Below, in pieces: positions 12,912 through 25,176 of a DNA stretch of 64,000 bases. Below the pieces are notes generated by a model, which saw only the letters and a program-made list of their open reading frames with translations, did not search any database and had not been told where the DNA came from. The DNA comes from the human T2T-CHM13v2.0 reference genome, Homo sapiens. Position numbers and translations under genes: made by a program. Each line of letters begins with the position of its first letter. Within the stretch, counting starts at the first letter, position 1. The DNA is taken from the NCBI RefSeq assembly GCF_009914755.1, contig NC_060937.1; one strand, written 5' to 3'.

Positions 12912-13410
12912 ATTTTTAAAAAATTGACATAAAATATATGTATTTGTCATGTACAGCATGATGTTCTGAAATATGTACACATTTTGGAATGACTAAATCT
13001 AGCTAATTAACATATGCTTTACCTCATATAGTTATCACTTTTGTGGTGGGAATACCTAATATGCACTATCTTGGCATTTTTAAGAATACAATATATTGTT
13101 ATTAACTATGGTCACCCTGTTGCATAACAGATATTTTGAACTTATTCCTCCTAACTAATTGAAATTTTGTGTCCTTTGACCAACCTCCCAAATCCCCTCC
13201 CCAAATGTTCCAGCCATTCTGTAAAAAATGGCAAGATTTCCTTCTTTTTATGGCTGAATAGTATTCCATTGTGAATATATATCACCTTTTCTTTATCAAT
13301 TTATTCACTGATGGACACTTGGGTTGAGTCCATATGCTGGCTATTCTGAACAATGCTGCAATAACATGAAAATGCAGATGTCTCTTCACATACTATTTCA
13401 TTTCCTGTGG
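12912..13410 (-). mobile_element. L1MA (MA7/8-like) 3' fragment nested in the older L1
   Basis: 'aaatctagctaattaacatatgc', 'taactatggtcaccctgttg' and 'tggctgaatagtattccattgtg'. Confidence 0.8.
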
Positions 13411-13790
13411 ACATCTTTTCATTCACAATTTCTGGTTAAATCTTGTGATAGAGAGCATGCTCTATAAATTTCAGTCTTTTAAAACTTATTAGGAATTACT
13501 TTGTAGCCAAACAGATTTCTAACTTGGTGAACATTCTATGTGTACTTGATAAAAATGTGCATTTTGTAGTTGTTGAATGAATAAAAAGGTTGTTATGTAA
13601 AACTGATAGATTCAGATCTTTTATATTCTTATCTTTTTTGTCTCATTCAATAAATTACTAGGAGAGTATTTTTAAAGACTTCACCTATTATTGTGGATTT
13701 GTCTATTCTCTGACTTACAGCTTTTTTTGTATGACAGTTTAAATAAGTACCTTGTGAAAATGTACGGTAACTTTTAACATCTTTCATACA
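13411..13790 (-). mobile_element. Ancient L1M ORF2 remnant (continuation)
   Basis: 'ttggtgaacattctatgtgtacttgataaaaatgtgcattttgtagttgttg' and 'attgtggatttgtctattctc'. Confidence 0.65.
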
Positions 13791-14174
13791 ATAAAGACAG
13801 CAGACAGCAATTATAAGTATTAAACAGAAATAAAATACTCCATGGATATGCCATTTAAACTCACTATATTCATATCTCAAAGCTTTTTAGAACCTACTTT
13901 GTGCCAGGCCACATGGTAGATACAGATAAACATGTTTTCTATCCTGAGAGTCTCCTTCTCCAGATAGATACGTAAATGATGTAAACTCTTAAAAATATAA
14001 TGCTATGTACTCTACAATACAGCAAGTCATAATTACAAAATATAAGACTTCTTTGTCAGTAAGTAAACTATCTTTGTTAAAATAAATCTCTATCTTAAAG
14101 TCTGAAATTATATTTAGACATTACATGTCTGGCATATTGAGAAATATTTTAGTGTTATAAAAATACTATTCGAC

Positions 14175-14370
14175 TTGGTGTCAGTGCTGAGTTTGAGTTC
14201 AGACTCTATCACTGGTTGTTTAATCCTGGGCAATCGCCTGAGTCTCAGTTTTCTGAATTGTAAAATGAGACAAATATTAACATGCATATAAACTAGCTTT
14301 TAAGGTAAAGTAAGAGAAGAATATATAAAAGATTGCTATAAAGTGCTACCAAATGTAAGATATTGTTAAT
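14175..14370 (+). mobile_element. MIR
   Basis: MIR core 'ctgagtctcagttttctgaattgtaaaatgag'. Confidence 0.7.
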
Positions 14371-14589
14371 AAAACTAATGCAGGTTGCTTCGCGGTAGTT
14401 CCAATTCACAGCATTCATTTAACTCTTTTTACTTTGGCTTTAAAAAATAGACAATTGAATAATATACTCAGATAACATGTGTATGATATTAGAGTGATTA
14501 GAATTTGACCAAATTGGTGATGAATTTGGCAGTTTGTCTGCTGACAGCTGAGGCTTCTTGGGCTGGAAGAAACATTAGAAGTAGTACAT

Positions 14590-14730
14590 TCCCTATCCCT
14601 CAGTATCAAACAATAAAACAGACACTCAGATCACTTGAGTGACTCACCCAAGTTTGCACAGTCAGGTGCTGTAAGGGCTAGGTAAGGCTGTGATCCAGAC
14701 GTTTGAACTCCAAGACCAATAGAATTTTCA
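14590..14730 (-). mobile_element. MIR fragment
   Basis: 'gagtgactcacccaagtttgcacagt' resembles the antisense MIR core. Confidence 0.55.
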
Positions 14731-15513
14731 ATACACAGTTCTGCATTTCTTGTTTGTCTGTAGAGTATCTTAATAATACTGTAACAAGAAGTCTGAAACT
14801 CTGGGTTCAAGAAAGTCTACTTTCCTATTAAATGTGTAATAAAAGGGATATAGATGAATTTGGAGAGCTGCTTGGAAATATATTAATGGAAATGGAATAA
14901 TGAGAATTCTTACAATATTTTCCCATTTACCCATGAAATAAAATGGTAGTGATCTTGGTTGTTTTGAATAAGATTTCTAATTTAATTAGAAATGTGTAGA
15001 TGAGGGATATTTAGAAAAATTTTATGACTTGACAGCTCAATTTGGGTATACACTATCATCACTTTATCTCAAATTTAATGAACCTGAAATTGAACCAATC
15101 TATCCTTCCAGAATAATTTTCATTCTCAACTCCCTATAGATACTATTATTTCAGCGTTTTAAGTTAGAAAACTTATGATTGATTTTTCTTTCTCCTTGAA
15201 TCCTATTTTTAGTACCAAGACCTTTATTTATTTTTTTGTCTTTGCTGCTTCCTTTCAGTTCTTGGGTGTATACTTTGAGTCATAGCATTTCATCATCTTA
15301 CCTCTGGATTATTAGAGCATTATTTGTATTGGGCTCTCAGTATTCTCCTGTGAGATAAATCTCCCTAAAATACTGCTTTCATCACCTCTCTTAAAAACTC
15401 ACGTTTCCCTAGCATCAATTATTTGGCTTTTGGGGCACTGCATCATCTGTGCCAGTCTTATCTGTTCGATACTATTCCTATGGTTTCCCCACACATACTC
15501 CCTATTTAACCTC

Positions 15514-16413
15514 TGTTTGCATCGTGGCTACCAGGTACAGTGGTGCCCTGCCCTTGGAACAATTTCTGACCACTGGCAGCATCCCATCCCTGGTGCCTTC
15601 TTCTCTGCCTGCGACTGTCTCCTAAATCTGTGAATTTGCTCAGCTGTATGCAGGTACAGCCCAGGGCAACCTGCAACCAATCGTCCAGGCTAGAAATTAG
15701 AGTCGTGTGCCCCAAGTTTCCCATCCTTGTAGTGGTGGGAGAATGGTTCTGAAGTGTTTTCCACATGGTATCTAAGCAGGCAGAACAATGGTCACCCAAA
15801 GATACCCACGTGCTAACCCGCAGACCTGTGACTAAGTTACCTGACAGATCAAAAGGGACTTTGATGACTGATGTGACTGAATTAAGAATTTTGAGATGGG
15901 GAGAATTATGTTGGTGGTCTCAATGTAATCACAGGGGGACTTATAAGAAAGAGATGTAATGATGGAAGTGGAGTGAGGCTGTTAAGGAAGGGGCAGCAAG
16001 TCAAGGAATGTGGGCAATCCCTAGAAGTTGGAAAAGGCCAAGAAACAGCTTTTCCCATAGAAGTTCCTGAAGGAACACAGCTTTGTTGATGCCTTGATTT
16101 TAGCTTTGTTGGACCCATTTTTGCACTTCTGACTTCCAAAACTATACGATAATAAATTTCTGTTGAATTACACTGCTAAGTTTGTAGTAACTTGTTATAG
16201 CAGCTATAGAAAGCTAATAGAATGTGTTAGATTCTCCAGGAAAATTGAGCTACAGTGCCCATAGCGGTTACCCAGTCATTGTCATACACTTGATTAGTTT
16301 CTGTCTCTTTTCTGTGTCATTTTCCCTCCTTCCCCACTTGTGCTTCCTGGAATTACATGGAAATAAGTTGTCCTCCCCCCAGGTCGGCTTGAGGGATAAT
16401 CCAAACTAAGATA
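15514..16413 (+). mobile_element. LTR33-like ERVL LTR split by an MLT1D insertion
   Basis: LTR33 motifs 'caaccaat', 'ttctgaagtgttttccacatgg' upstream and 'gagctacagtgcccatagcggtta', 'tgcttcctgg', 'ccaaactaagata' downstream of the insert. Confidence 0.7.
15771..16220 (+). mobile_element. MLT1D-like MaLR LTR
   Basis: 'caggcagaacaatggtcacccaaagat', 'aaaagggactttg', 'ctagaagttggaaaaggcc', and end 'gttatagcagctatagaaagctaataga'. Confidence 0.85.
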
Positions 16414-16819
16414 CCGTCATCATTTCTGTTCCTGCTTTGCCAACTTTTCCTCCCTGCTCAGAAATTTCTTCTTCCTCCTCATTCCTTCCAGTTCCATTTT
16501 CTTCAAGGCCAAGCTTAAGAGCCATTTCCCTCTCTATGAGGCTTCTCTCCTACACCAGCCCCCAAGGTTCTCTCTTGATTTTCTCACCTTCCTTTTCTCC
16601 TGTCATGAGTAAGTATATCCTTATCCCTTGAGTGTTTTCCTTGCTCTTTCTATTTACCTAACCAGTCCACATTCCAGATGCTGAAAGTCTTGTTTCTTGT
16701 GAGATGGACCATATTGGAGAAGTGAGGCTACTTGAACTGAATAACTGGTCACCCTCGGTCAGACTCAAAGGTAAATGTCTATTGAGGGAGCTCCTTTCCC
16801 AAATCCCTGCCTATAGGGA

Positions 16820-17470
16820 GTGTATATATTTGAGTGCCTATGTTGGAACACAGATAATAAGAAAATGAATAAAATGAATAAGTAAAATATATAGCCTGTT
16901 AGATAGTAATAATGGCCAAAGAGAAAAACAAAGCTGGAGAAGGATACAGATTAGCTATGTGGTAGTTTTAGATAGTGGATCAAGGGGACACCTGACTTCA
17001 CTGAGGAAGGTAAGGACTCAAAGGTGAGGAAGCAGACTGACAGAGTTTCTTGGAGAAGAATGTTTAAGGCAAAGAGAATAGTGGTGAAAAGGGCCTAGGC
17101 TGAAGCATGCCTAGGTGTATTCAAGAAACAGTGAGAAGCACCATGCAGCTGTAGTAGGGTAAGCAAGGGAAAACTAGTAGGTCATAAGATCCAAATCCAC
17201 ATAGGTGAAATTCACTTCTCACTTTGCCCAAATTTCCAACTAATGTGTATTGTTCTGATGTAGTTATCAATGGTGCTCCTTTTTTATTCTACTCTTAGGC
17301 CATTGTAGGGCATAACTTTTCTGCTGAGCATGATGGAAAGTCATTGGGGGTTGTGGAATTGGGGGGGTTCTAAGGAGATAAATGACACAATCTGATTAAC
17401 ATTTTAATTAGACCAATGTGGCTGCTGTATTGAGAAGAAGATCAAGGGCAACTTCTAGTTTTTAGGGAAA
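16820..17470 (-). mobile_element. L2 3' region
   Basis: Antisense L2 motifs 'aggcaaagagaatagtggtgaaaagggcc', 'gatggaaagtcattgg' and 'ggctgctgtattgagaa'. Confidence 0.7.
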
Positions 17471-17479
17471 TAGGCAGTA

Positions 17480-17720
17480 AGATTATCAGTTCAGTGTGTG
17501 GATAGGTGACAAGATGTTGGAGATTGAGAAGAAAGGAGAGAGATGGCTAGAAATTGAGATATGGTAGGTCTGCAAACATTGGTAATGACAAGTTTGAGGC
17601 TATGGCCATGTGAGTGAGTGGTTGAAGTGGAGTAGAGGAGAAGGCCATTGGTGGAGAAGGTGGTCAAGGCACTGAGAGCCAGAGTGTTGGAAACACATCT
17701 ATAGCCACACAAATAAAATT
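17480..17720 (-). mobile_element. L2 endonuclease-region fragment
   Basis: ORF 17491..17712(-) contains TSTTHSHGHSLKLVITN, matching the APE-endonuclease motif PTHxxGHTLDLVIT of L2/CR1 elements. Confidence 0.7.
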
Positions 17721-18164
17721 AGAATCACATTTGAAGATCTGTATAGTAAAAGTTATGGCCATCAATAATAAGCACTCCACATGGAATGTAATTTCAAATG
17801 TGATTTTCCGATGTGTTTTTCAAATGCTATCTGCAGATAAATAGAAAAGTATTAAAGAGTTTTGAGTTATAAATGAGTGGTCAAGGGAGGCAGTGTAGTG
17901 CAATATCAATTTGTATGTCAGCATGATAGATTCACTTAATAAAATATTTCTTCCATAATTAAAATTCAGCTGTACTGGTTCATTGTAGTTCTCATGTTTT
18001 AAAAAATTTCTGGCAGCAAAAACAAAAGGGGGATTGGATTTAGTTTTCCAGGGTAATTGCACGCTATGATTTCATTTCCAGGCAGACTGTTCTGACAACT
18101 TGGAAAAATAAGTGGAGCATTACATGTGGTGGGACCTGGGAAATCATGATCATGTTAAGGATCA

Positions 18165-18310
18165 ACATTATCTTTTACTATTTATTGAATTGCCATGTGC
18201 AGGGTTTATGTTATTGTAAACAACCTTATGAAGTAGGTATGTTTATTGTCGTTTTTAGTGACATGTCAAATTTCAGAGTGTTTAAGTAACTTGCCCACAG
18301 TCCTCCACCA
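18165..18310 (-). mobile_element. MIR
   Basis: 'caaccttatgaagtaggta' and 'ttaagtaacttgcccacagtc'. Confidence 0.7.
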
Positions 18311-18649
18311 CTCTTGGTGTCTTGCTCCTGCAACTGGCAGTGGTGGCATTGGAGGCCATTGCCTTTTGTTTTGAAAACATAGTGGAAGAGATGTGAAGAA
18401 ATGTTCCCCAGGGCCTTAAGACTGTTAGTCTCAGAGTAGATGTTTAAGGATATGGGTTGCAGTGTGTCTGGCTAGGCGCCTATTCTACTGATAAAAGCTC
18501 CAGGTGCTTTTTAACATAGTTTCTATGTGCATGCATGCACATGTGTGTGCTTGTAGATGTGTGTGTTTGTGATATGTGGAAACTTCCAAAATGAGCACCC
18601 TACCAGATGTCCTTGTGGCCTGGGTTTAAGGGAAGCACTTTAGGAAATA

Positions 18650-19300
18650 TGTATGGAGAGGGACAGAGGACCAGAGCATGTTGTAATCATATCCAAATTT
18701 TTGGTTTTCATCATAAAATCAATAAGAAGCCATTGGCATTTATTATTATGGACTCTTGCATTATTGTGGAGAAGAGACAAGGGGGAATAAAAGTGATTTG
18801 TGGGGAAACTAACCAGTGGGCAATTTCAAGAGAAAATGGTGACTTGGACCAGAACAAAGGGATGGGGATGCAGAAGAGTCTATTGATACAATACTTACGA
18901 GGCAAATAGACAGCCTCACTGACAGACTATATGATAAGGGGAGAGGGGTAGTCCAGAATGACCTTTAGGCATGTGGCTCATGTAACTGGATGGACGGGGG
19001 TACTATTTCTGAGATGAGAAAAACTGGAAGAGGAACAGGCTACTGTTCAGGTTAGGGGTGTGTTAAACTTTGGAGGAGATTATAACTTCAACTTTTGAAC
19101 TGTTGATTTTGAGATGTTTTTGAGAAAATTAAATGGAGATGCCAAGTAGACAATTGATTATAAGGGACTGAATATCAAATGAGAGGCATCAGTGGAGAAC
19201 ATAAATGAAATGTGAGCCATCCATGTGTATGTATGCGGTAATTGAAGTCATGGACTTCGATGAGCTTGCTGAAGGAGGAGACACAGAGATCAAAGAAAAC
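18650..19300 (-). mobile_element. L2 fragment
   Basis: 'aatggtgacttggaccag', 'gagatgagaaaaactggaagagga' and 'atggagatgccaagtagacaattg'. Confidence 0.7.
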
Positions 19301-19469
19301 TCTAAGTCTTCAAGAGTACCAGTATCCCAGATATCTCAAGGCTAAGCACTTCTCACTATCTTCAATGCCACACATTCCATTCTCAGTCGCCATCAGCTCT
19401 CATCTGGCTTACTGCATCACCCTTCTTATTGGTCTGTAAGTGGCAGTGGGGAAAGAGTAGGATACAAAC

Positions 19470-19831
19470 TGTCTTAGTCAGCTCTAGCTACTATAGCAAA
19501 AAAACCCATAGACTGGGTGGCTTAAACAATAGAAATTTAATCCTTACAGTTCTGAAGGCTGAGAAGCCCAATATCAAGGTGCTGGTGACTTAAGTTCCTG
19601 GCGAGGTTTCTCTTCCTGGTTACAGACACACACCTTGCTGTATCCTCACATGTTGAAGAGAGACACCACCTCTCTCCTGTCCCTTCTTATAAGGGCACGA
19701 ATTCCATTTATAAGTGTTCCACCCTTATGACCCAATTACCTTCTAAAGGCTACATCTCCAACTACCATCATCTTGGGGTTTAGAGTTCAACATATGAATT
19801 TTGGGCAGGACACAACCTTCAGTCCACAGCA
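19470..19831 (-). mobile_element. MLT1A/MLT1A0 MaLR solo LTR
   Basis: 'tgtcttagtc...catagactgggtggcttaaacaa...cttcttataagggcac...ttcagtccacagca'. Near-TSD caaac/ccaac. Confidence 0.9.
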
Positions 19832-20231
19832 CCAACATTCCTCTGCATGCTGAGGTACTTAGTGTGAGCACTCACTTATAAGGCTTGCAGGGGAAATGAG
19901 TATCATCAGACAAGTTAAGGATATGAGGGACAGGGGGAAGCTAAGAAAAGATACAGAGAATTCCAAAAAAAATTCTGATTTTACAAAGGCGGTTCCAGAG
20001 GGCCTAGTGCCAGGGTTTGGGATGTGGGGCAGATGTGATTTGAAGTTTTGATATAACCAGTAAAAGCAAGAATGAAAAGCCTGGTGACAGCATTATCAGT
20101 CTCTTTGAGGGGGGAGACTGGGCTTAGTGCCCAGACACCATTTTTCCAATAGAAAGTTTGACTGTGGTTCTTCAAGATTCTATACATTGGTGTCCCAAAA
20201 TTATCAAACACTTACTGAGTAACTTTTCTGT

Positions 20232-20378
20232 TAGTGGTTATTAAACTTCAGTGTCCATAAGAAATACTTGGAGAACTTATTAAAAGTGCAGGTTTCTGTG
20301 ATCTACTCAAAAGTTTCTGTTTTAAGATATAAGAGGTGAGGCCTACAAATTTGCACTTGAACTCCCTGTGTGATAGGG
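20232..20378. mobile_element. MER5-like hAT MITE fragment
   Basis: 'agtggttattaaacttcagtgtccataagaaatacttggagaacttattaaaa' matches the MER5 terminus. Confidence 0.6.
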
Positions 20379-22582
20379 GCAGGTGGTTTGCATTGTCCTG
20401 GGAGGCAGGCACTGTGCTAGGTCCTCTGGTGTCAGCCATGTAAATAAGAAATATTCCTCACTCTCGAAGGATTTACATTATTTCAACATGATGTGGTAAC
20501 AAAATCTTTCTAGTTTTTCATGAGGCCCCAAGCAGAATATTTATTTTAAATAAAATATAATTAAGATGGACTATACATATTGAAAATGCTTTTTTTTTTT
20601 TTTTTTTGCACCTGTGTAAACTTTTCTACCAGACTTTTATTTTAAATGAGTCTATCATTTTTGGTTGTTATGGTAGTACGTGGATGTGGGATTATATCAC
20701 CATCTGACATTTGGAGTTTTGAATGTTAGTACTAAATGTGTTTGGCATTCAATTTTGGGTGGCTGTTCCATTATTGTGTCTTTTGGAAAAGAGTAATTTG
20801 TGATCCGTATTTGCTTTCTGGTAGCTTTCTAATTCATTATTATCTGAAATTTTCAAATGTTTTGAAAAGTCTAATTCAGACCTATGTCACAAAGACAGAT
20901 GACACAAAGTAGTTTAACAATTGTATATTTGACTTTCTTCTCCAATATATTGATTAGTTACTTTACCTCCTAGTTACTTGACCTCCTGAAATCTAGGTCA
21001 TGCTTATTCTGAAGAAATGTCTGCATAAGTTGGTGAAGGACATATTTTTTTTCTGTCATGACTCACCCAGATTGGAAGATGACCGAATGAAAAATTTCAG
21101 ACTAAATGTGGCTTTAAGTGTTATTTATTTAAAATTCCTTGGGGGAAAATCTCCATTACATAGAAATGATTTTCTTGTCATCAAAAAACCAATTTCCTTA
21201 CTAGGAAGAAAAATATCTAAAAATATCTATTTCTAGTTCTGGAGAACTTTTCATTCAAGTGTCTCATAGGAGGACCCAGTAAACTGATGCAAGTCGGACA
21301 AACTGGAGGTTGGTTGGGGAGCAAGGGTGGGTGATGGAGAAGAATGTCCAAACATCTGGATAAATGTATATGGGCAATGAGAGAACCTGTAAATGTTAAT
21401 AATTCTACCAGTTTAATAGAGGAGAGTCAATACTACTTAATGTGTAATGATTCTGATCAGCAAAGCAGCAAGTTAATAACACAGTGTCTTAAATTTCAGG
21501 AAGCAAGAAGTTTAAATTATTCTTTAAGTTGCCTGTATCAATGCCCACAAATTGCAGCTATACAGTACTTCTTCCTCCTTTAGATGTGTAAAGTTTAGAT
21601 GTGTAACTCACAAACTATTCAAACCTTATAGAAAACAAAATCAGGGAAGTAGCCACATTTTTTTCCATCTGGGAATGTTAGCATTCTCAGAGTCTGTGAG
21701 GCTTACCCGTGGTTTTGCCAGGGCTACATTTTTGACAAATACTAAACCACTATTCTCAAATGTCAGCATTTATTTTTGATGCAAATCTTTGTGTACCATA
21801 CAGACTGTTTGTGGATGGTGAAAAACCCTTTAAGCTTTTTGATTTCTCTTTCCAAACTTTTGATGTCCCTTTGGGTATTTGGTGGCGTGGTTTACTGTCC
21901 TTGAAAGGGAGTTCAGTGGTTTGGGACTGCAACTAAAGCAAGAATAGCAGAGTTTGATATCAATCTGAGTTCTAGGACTGTGAATAAACTGTCTTTATCT
22001 TATCCAAACATTGAATATATGGTAATTTTATGAAAGCGGAGGAAACCAGAAGCCACATCAATCTCTGAACCTCATGAATATATCAGATAAAATTTTAGAT
22101 ATGATCTTTTTGAGAAAAGTACTTATTTTAACTGGACACTTTTTTGCATAACGTATTTTTTAAAAAACATATTTGCTATATTTTCAGAACATTTTTCCAT
22201 GTATTTTTACAAATGTTCTACTGAAGAACCTGAATATATATCACACATGTTCCCATTTTGTGATGGGAAGGCTCTTAATGGGTTTGAAAGTCAAGACCAG
22301 TGGACACAATTGTGAAACCATGCTTTGGGTCAGACGAATGCAGGCTTACTTATGAAACTTGTGTTTTTGCTGAAAGATTTGTTTACCAGAACTTACTATA
22401 GTTTTGTTTACTGAGTTAAATAATTTCTGGGTAGTCCAACCTGATACTCTTCAAGATTTTAAACTTACAGAGAGCTCCCAGGGGAAGTCGTAGAATCCCC
22501 TTGTCTCCCTAATTAGAATCAAGTGCTCCATCTTGCCTGAGTTTTGTTTTGTGATTAGTGGAATCTTAGAAATGTTATGACA

Positions 22583-22845
22583 GAGGCAGTGTATCTATGG
22601 TATAAGGGCTTTAGAATGAGGCAGCCTAAGACTGAATCTCAGTTCAGGCTTTTACAAGCTGTGTCACCGTGGGCAAGTTATTTGATCTTATTGAGCTTAA
22701 ATTTGCTCCACTGCAAAATGTAGATAATGACATTTCTTTTATTTTTTCTTCCTCCCCTCAGGGTTTTCGTGAGAATTGAGATATTGCATGGAAAGCATGT
22801 AGTGACTGGTGCATGTTAATTCAGTAAATGATTATAATGATTATT
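22583..22845 (+). mobile_element. Near full-length MIR (MIRb-like)
   Basis: 'gctgtgtcaccgtgggcaagttattt', 'ctgcaaaatg' and 'cagggttttcgtgagaatt'. Confidence 0.8.
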
Positions 22846-23898
22846 TAAATTAATGTTAACACTGTAAACTGACAGTTTTCACGTGTGTGGGAACCATTGA
22901 TCATTTCATTTCCCTATCTTCCAAGATATAAAATTGGTTTAGAGTGGTAACAGTAGTCAATGGCTTGCAAATAAAAGGTGACACATATGTCATATAAGGT
23001 ATACACATATACTATTATACTTTTTTTTCATATTTTTGGATTTACAACAAATAGCTAGATTGAAGCTTTTATTTATAAATTTCTAATATTGAGGCTTCTG
23101 AAAAGCCAGAACTTAGTAAGTAGTATACCTCATTTTCTCTGTCAGTATAGCAGCTAAAAATGTAAAGAAATTATCTGAAGGCTTAAATGAATAATTATCT
23201 TTTCAAGCTATTAAACTTATTGACTTAACAGATGCAATTTAAAGAGGTAAAGAGAAGAACAGTGAAGTAATTACTTTTGAAAACAGAGAATCAGCTTAGC
23301 TTTTTCAAGTTCCCAAATTGCCTTAGTAGCTCTAAAGAAACAAAGAATACTGTATGCCCTGCAAATCAGGAAAGCCCTTGTTATCCCCACTTTACTTTCT
23401 TTATGTTGAAGAGCCTTTATTAAACAACTAAGTTGTTGTTTAAGATTTGAATGAATCAGAGACTCTTAGAAAGCAGAGGTTGTGTCCACGCAACATGGAC
23501 TGCTACCTCCCACTAAGTGCCTGACATTTGATGTTGGTTGAATGAATTATAAAGCGGGGTCTGGATTTTCTTGAAAAATGAATTAAAGCACTAGTGATTG
23601 AGATAACTTGGGGCAAACAGAGATTAGGATGAGTACTTTCCATCTGTCTGGCTTGTGTCAGGGCCAATCTCTCCAGCTTTTCTCAAGAAATTGGAATATT
23701 AAATCTGTGATGAATAAATGGTTGCAAAATCTTTGTATTATGGTAGATGGTACTTATTTATACAAACTGTTGTGCTGCTTGAAACATCTGTACTTTTGGG
23801 TGTAATTCATAATTCTTTCAAAAATCCAAATTCTTTGTTTGGATTGTAATAAAAGGAAAATTATTTCCTTGACGTAGTTACAGTTAATATTTTGGGTA

Positions 23899-24534
23899 TG
23901 TCAGAGACATTTGAACCAGAGCAACTCCATCTTGAATAGGGGCTGGGACTTTCTTCAGCCTTAAAATAAGGCTGAGAACTGCTGAGCTGCATTCCTATTA
24001 AATTAGGCATTGTAAGTCAGAAGATGAGAAAGGAGGTTGGTGCAAGATACAGGTCATAAAGATCTTGCTGATAAAACAGTGTGCAATAAAGAAGCCCGCC
24101 AACACCCACCAAAACCAAGATGGCAATGAAACTAACCTTTGATTGTTCTCACTGCTCATTACAGGCTAATTATAATGCTAAGAGACACTCTCACTGGTGC
24201 CATGACAGTTTACAGGTGCCATGGCAATGTCAGGAAATTACCCAATATGGTCTAAAAAGGGGAGGAACCCTCAGTTCCGGGAACTGGCTACCCCTTTTCC
24301 AGAAAACTCAGTAATAATCCACCCCTTGTTTAGCGTATAATAAAGAAAGAACCATAAGAATTGACAACCATCAGCCCTTGGGGCTGCTCTGTCTATGGAG
24401 TAGCCATTCTTCATTCCCTTACTTTCCTAATAAACTTGCTTTCACTTATCAACATGGACTTTCCCAAATTCTTTCTTGTGCAAGATCCAAGAACTCTCTC
24501 TTGGGGTCTGGACCTGGACTGCTTTTTGGTAACA
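23899..24534 (+). mobile_element. MER41 (MER41B-like) ERV1 solo LTR
   Basis: Starts 'tgtcagagacatttgaaccagagcaactccatcttgaatagggg' and ends 'ggtaaca'. Perfect 4-bp TSD 'ggta' at 23895-23898 and 24535-24538. Has the GAS-bearing segment. Confidence 0.93.
24275..24283. promoter_or_regulatory. STAT GAS motif TTCCGGGAA within MER41
   Basis: Perfect TTCNNNGAA. The second tandem site (24296-24305, 'tttccagaaa') is degenerate. Confidence 0.7.
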
Positions 24535-24580
24535 GGTAGCTCTGACTTGCTTAGGCTGAATTTTTGTTCTTTCTTGAAAC

Positions 24581-25176
24581 TATGAAAGGAAAAGTAAATC
24601 TTGGGACCCCCCAAATCACTAAGCCAAGAGAAAAGTGAATCTGGGCACTATGTCAGGCAAACCTGCCCCTCATTTCATTCCTAAATAAGAGAGCTACAAG
24701 GTAAGATACGTACCTCCTTCACAATTTGCCCACAGAAAATTCCTTGTGGACAAAGAACAGGCAGAACTCAAAGTCATCCCTCTGAGGCTCACCTGAGACA
24801 AAGGTTATCTAATTGCTTCCTTTGACCTATTGTTTACGTAAAAATGCAGGTTCGCTGAGCCAGACTAAATTGTGTATTCAGCGGAAGGCTGATCAAGGAC
24901 TCAAAAGAATGAAACCTTTTTGTCTCTTATCTACATCTAACCTGGAAGCCTCCACTTCTAGTTGTCTCACCTTACCAGACTGAACCAATGTATATCTTAC
25001 CCATATTGATTGATGTCTCACATCTCTCTAAAATGTATAAAAGCAAATTGTACTCCCAATCACCTTGAGCACATGTCATCAGGCCTTCCTGAGGCTGTTT
25101 CATGGATGCATCTTTAACTTTGGCAAAATAAACTTTCTAAATCGACTGATACATGTCTCAGATATTTTGGGTTAAA
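24581..25176 (+). mobile_element. MER4A1-like ERV1 solo LTR
   Basis: 'gaaaggaaaagtaaatcttgggacccc...aaatcactaagcc', 'gaactcaaagtcatccctctgaggctcacctgagac', and 'ggcaaaataaactttctaaat' with the polyA signal. Probable 'aaac' TSD. Confidence 0.88.

Noticed and set aside
18525-18542. 18-bp palindrome atgtgcatgcatgcacat with overlapping UGCAUG motifs
   Set aside because: It is part of a low-complexity RY tract with no nearby supported exon for RBFOX regulation.
21061-21105. Minus-strand 35-nt micro-exon (tttag|...ctgg|gtgagt)
   Set aside because: The polypyrimidine tract is weak and the peptide unrecognisable. The donor overlaps an AP-1-like TGACTCA and could be chance.
23899-25176. Paired LTRs of a single deleted provirus
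   Set aside because: The LTRs belong to different families and MER41 has its own perfect TSD.
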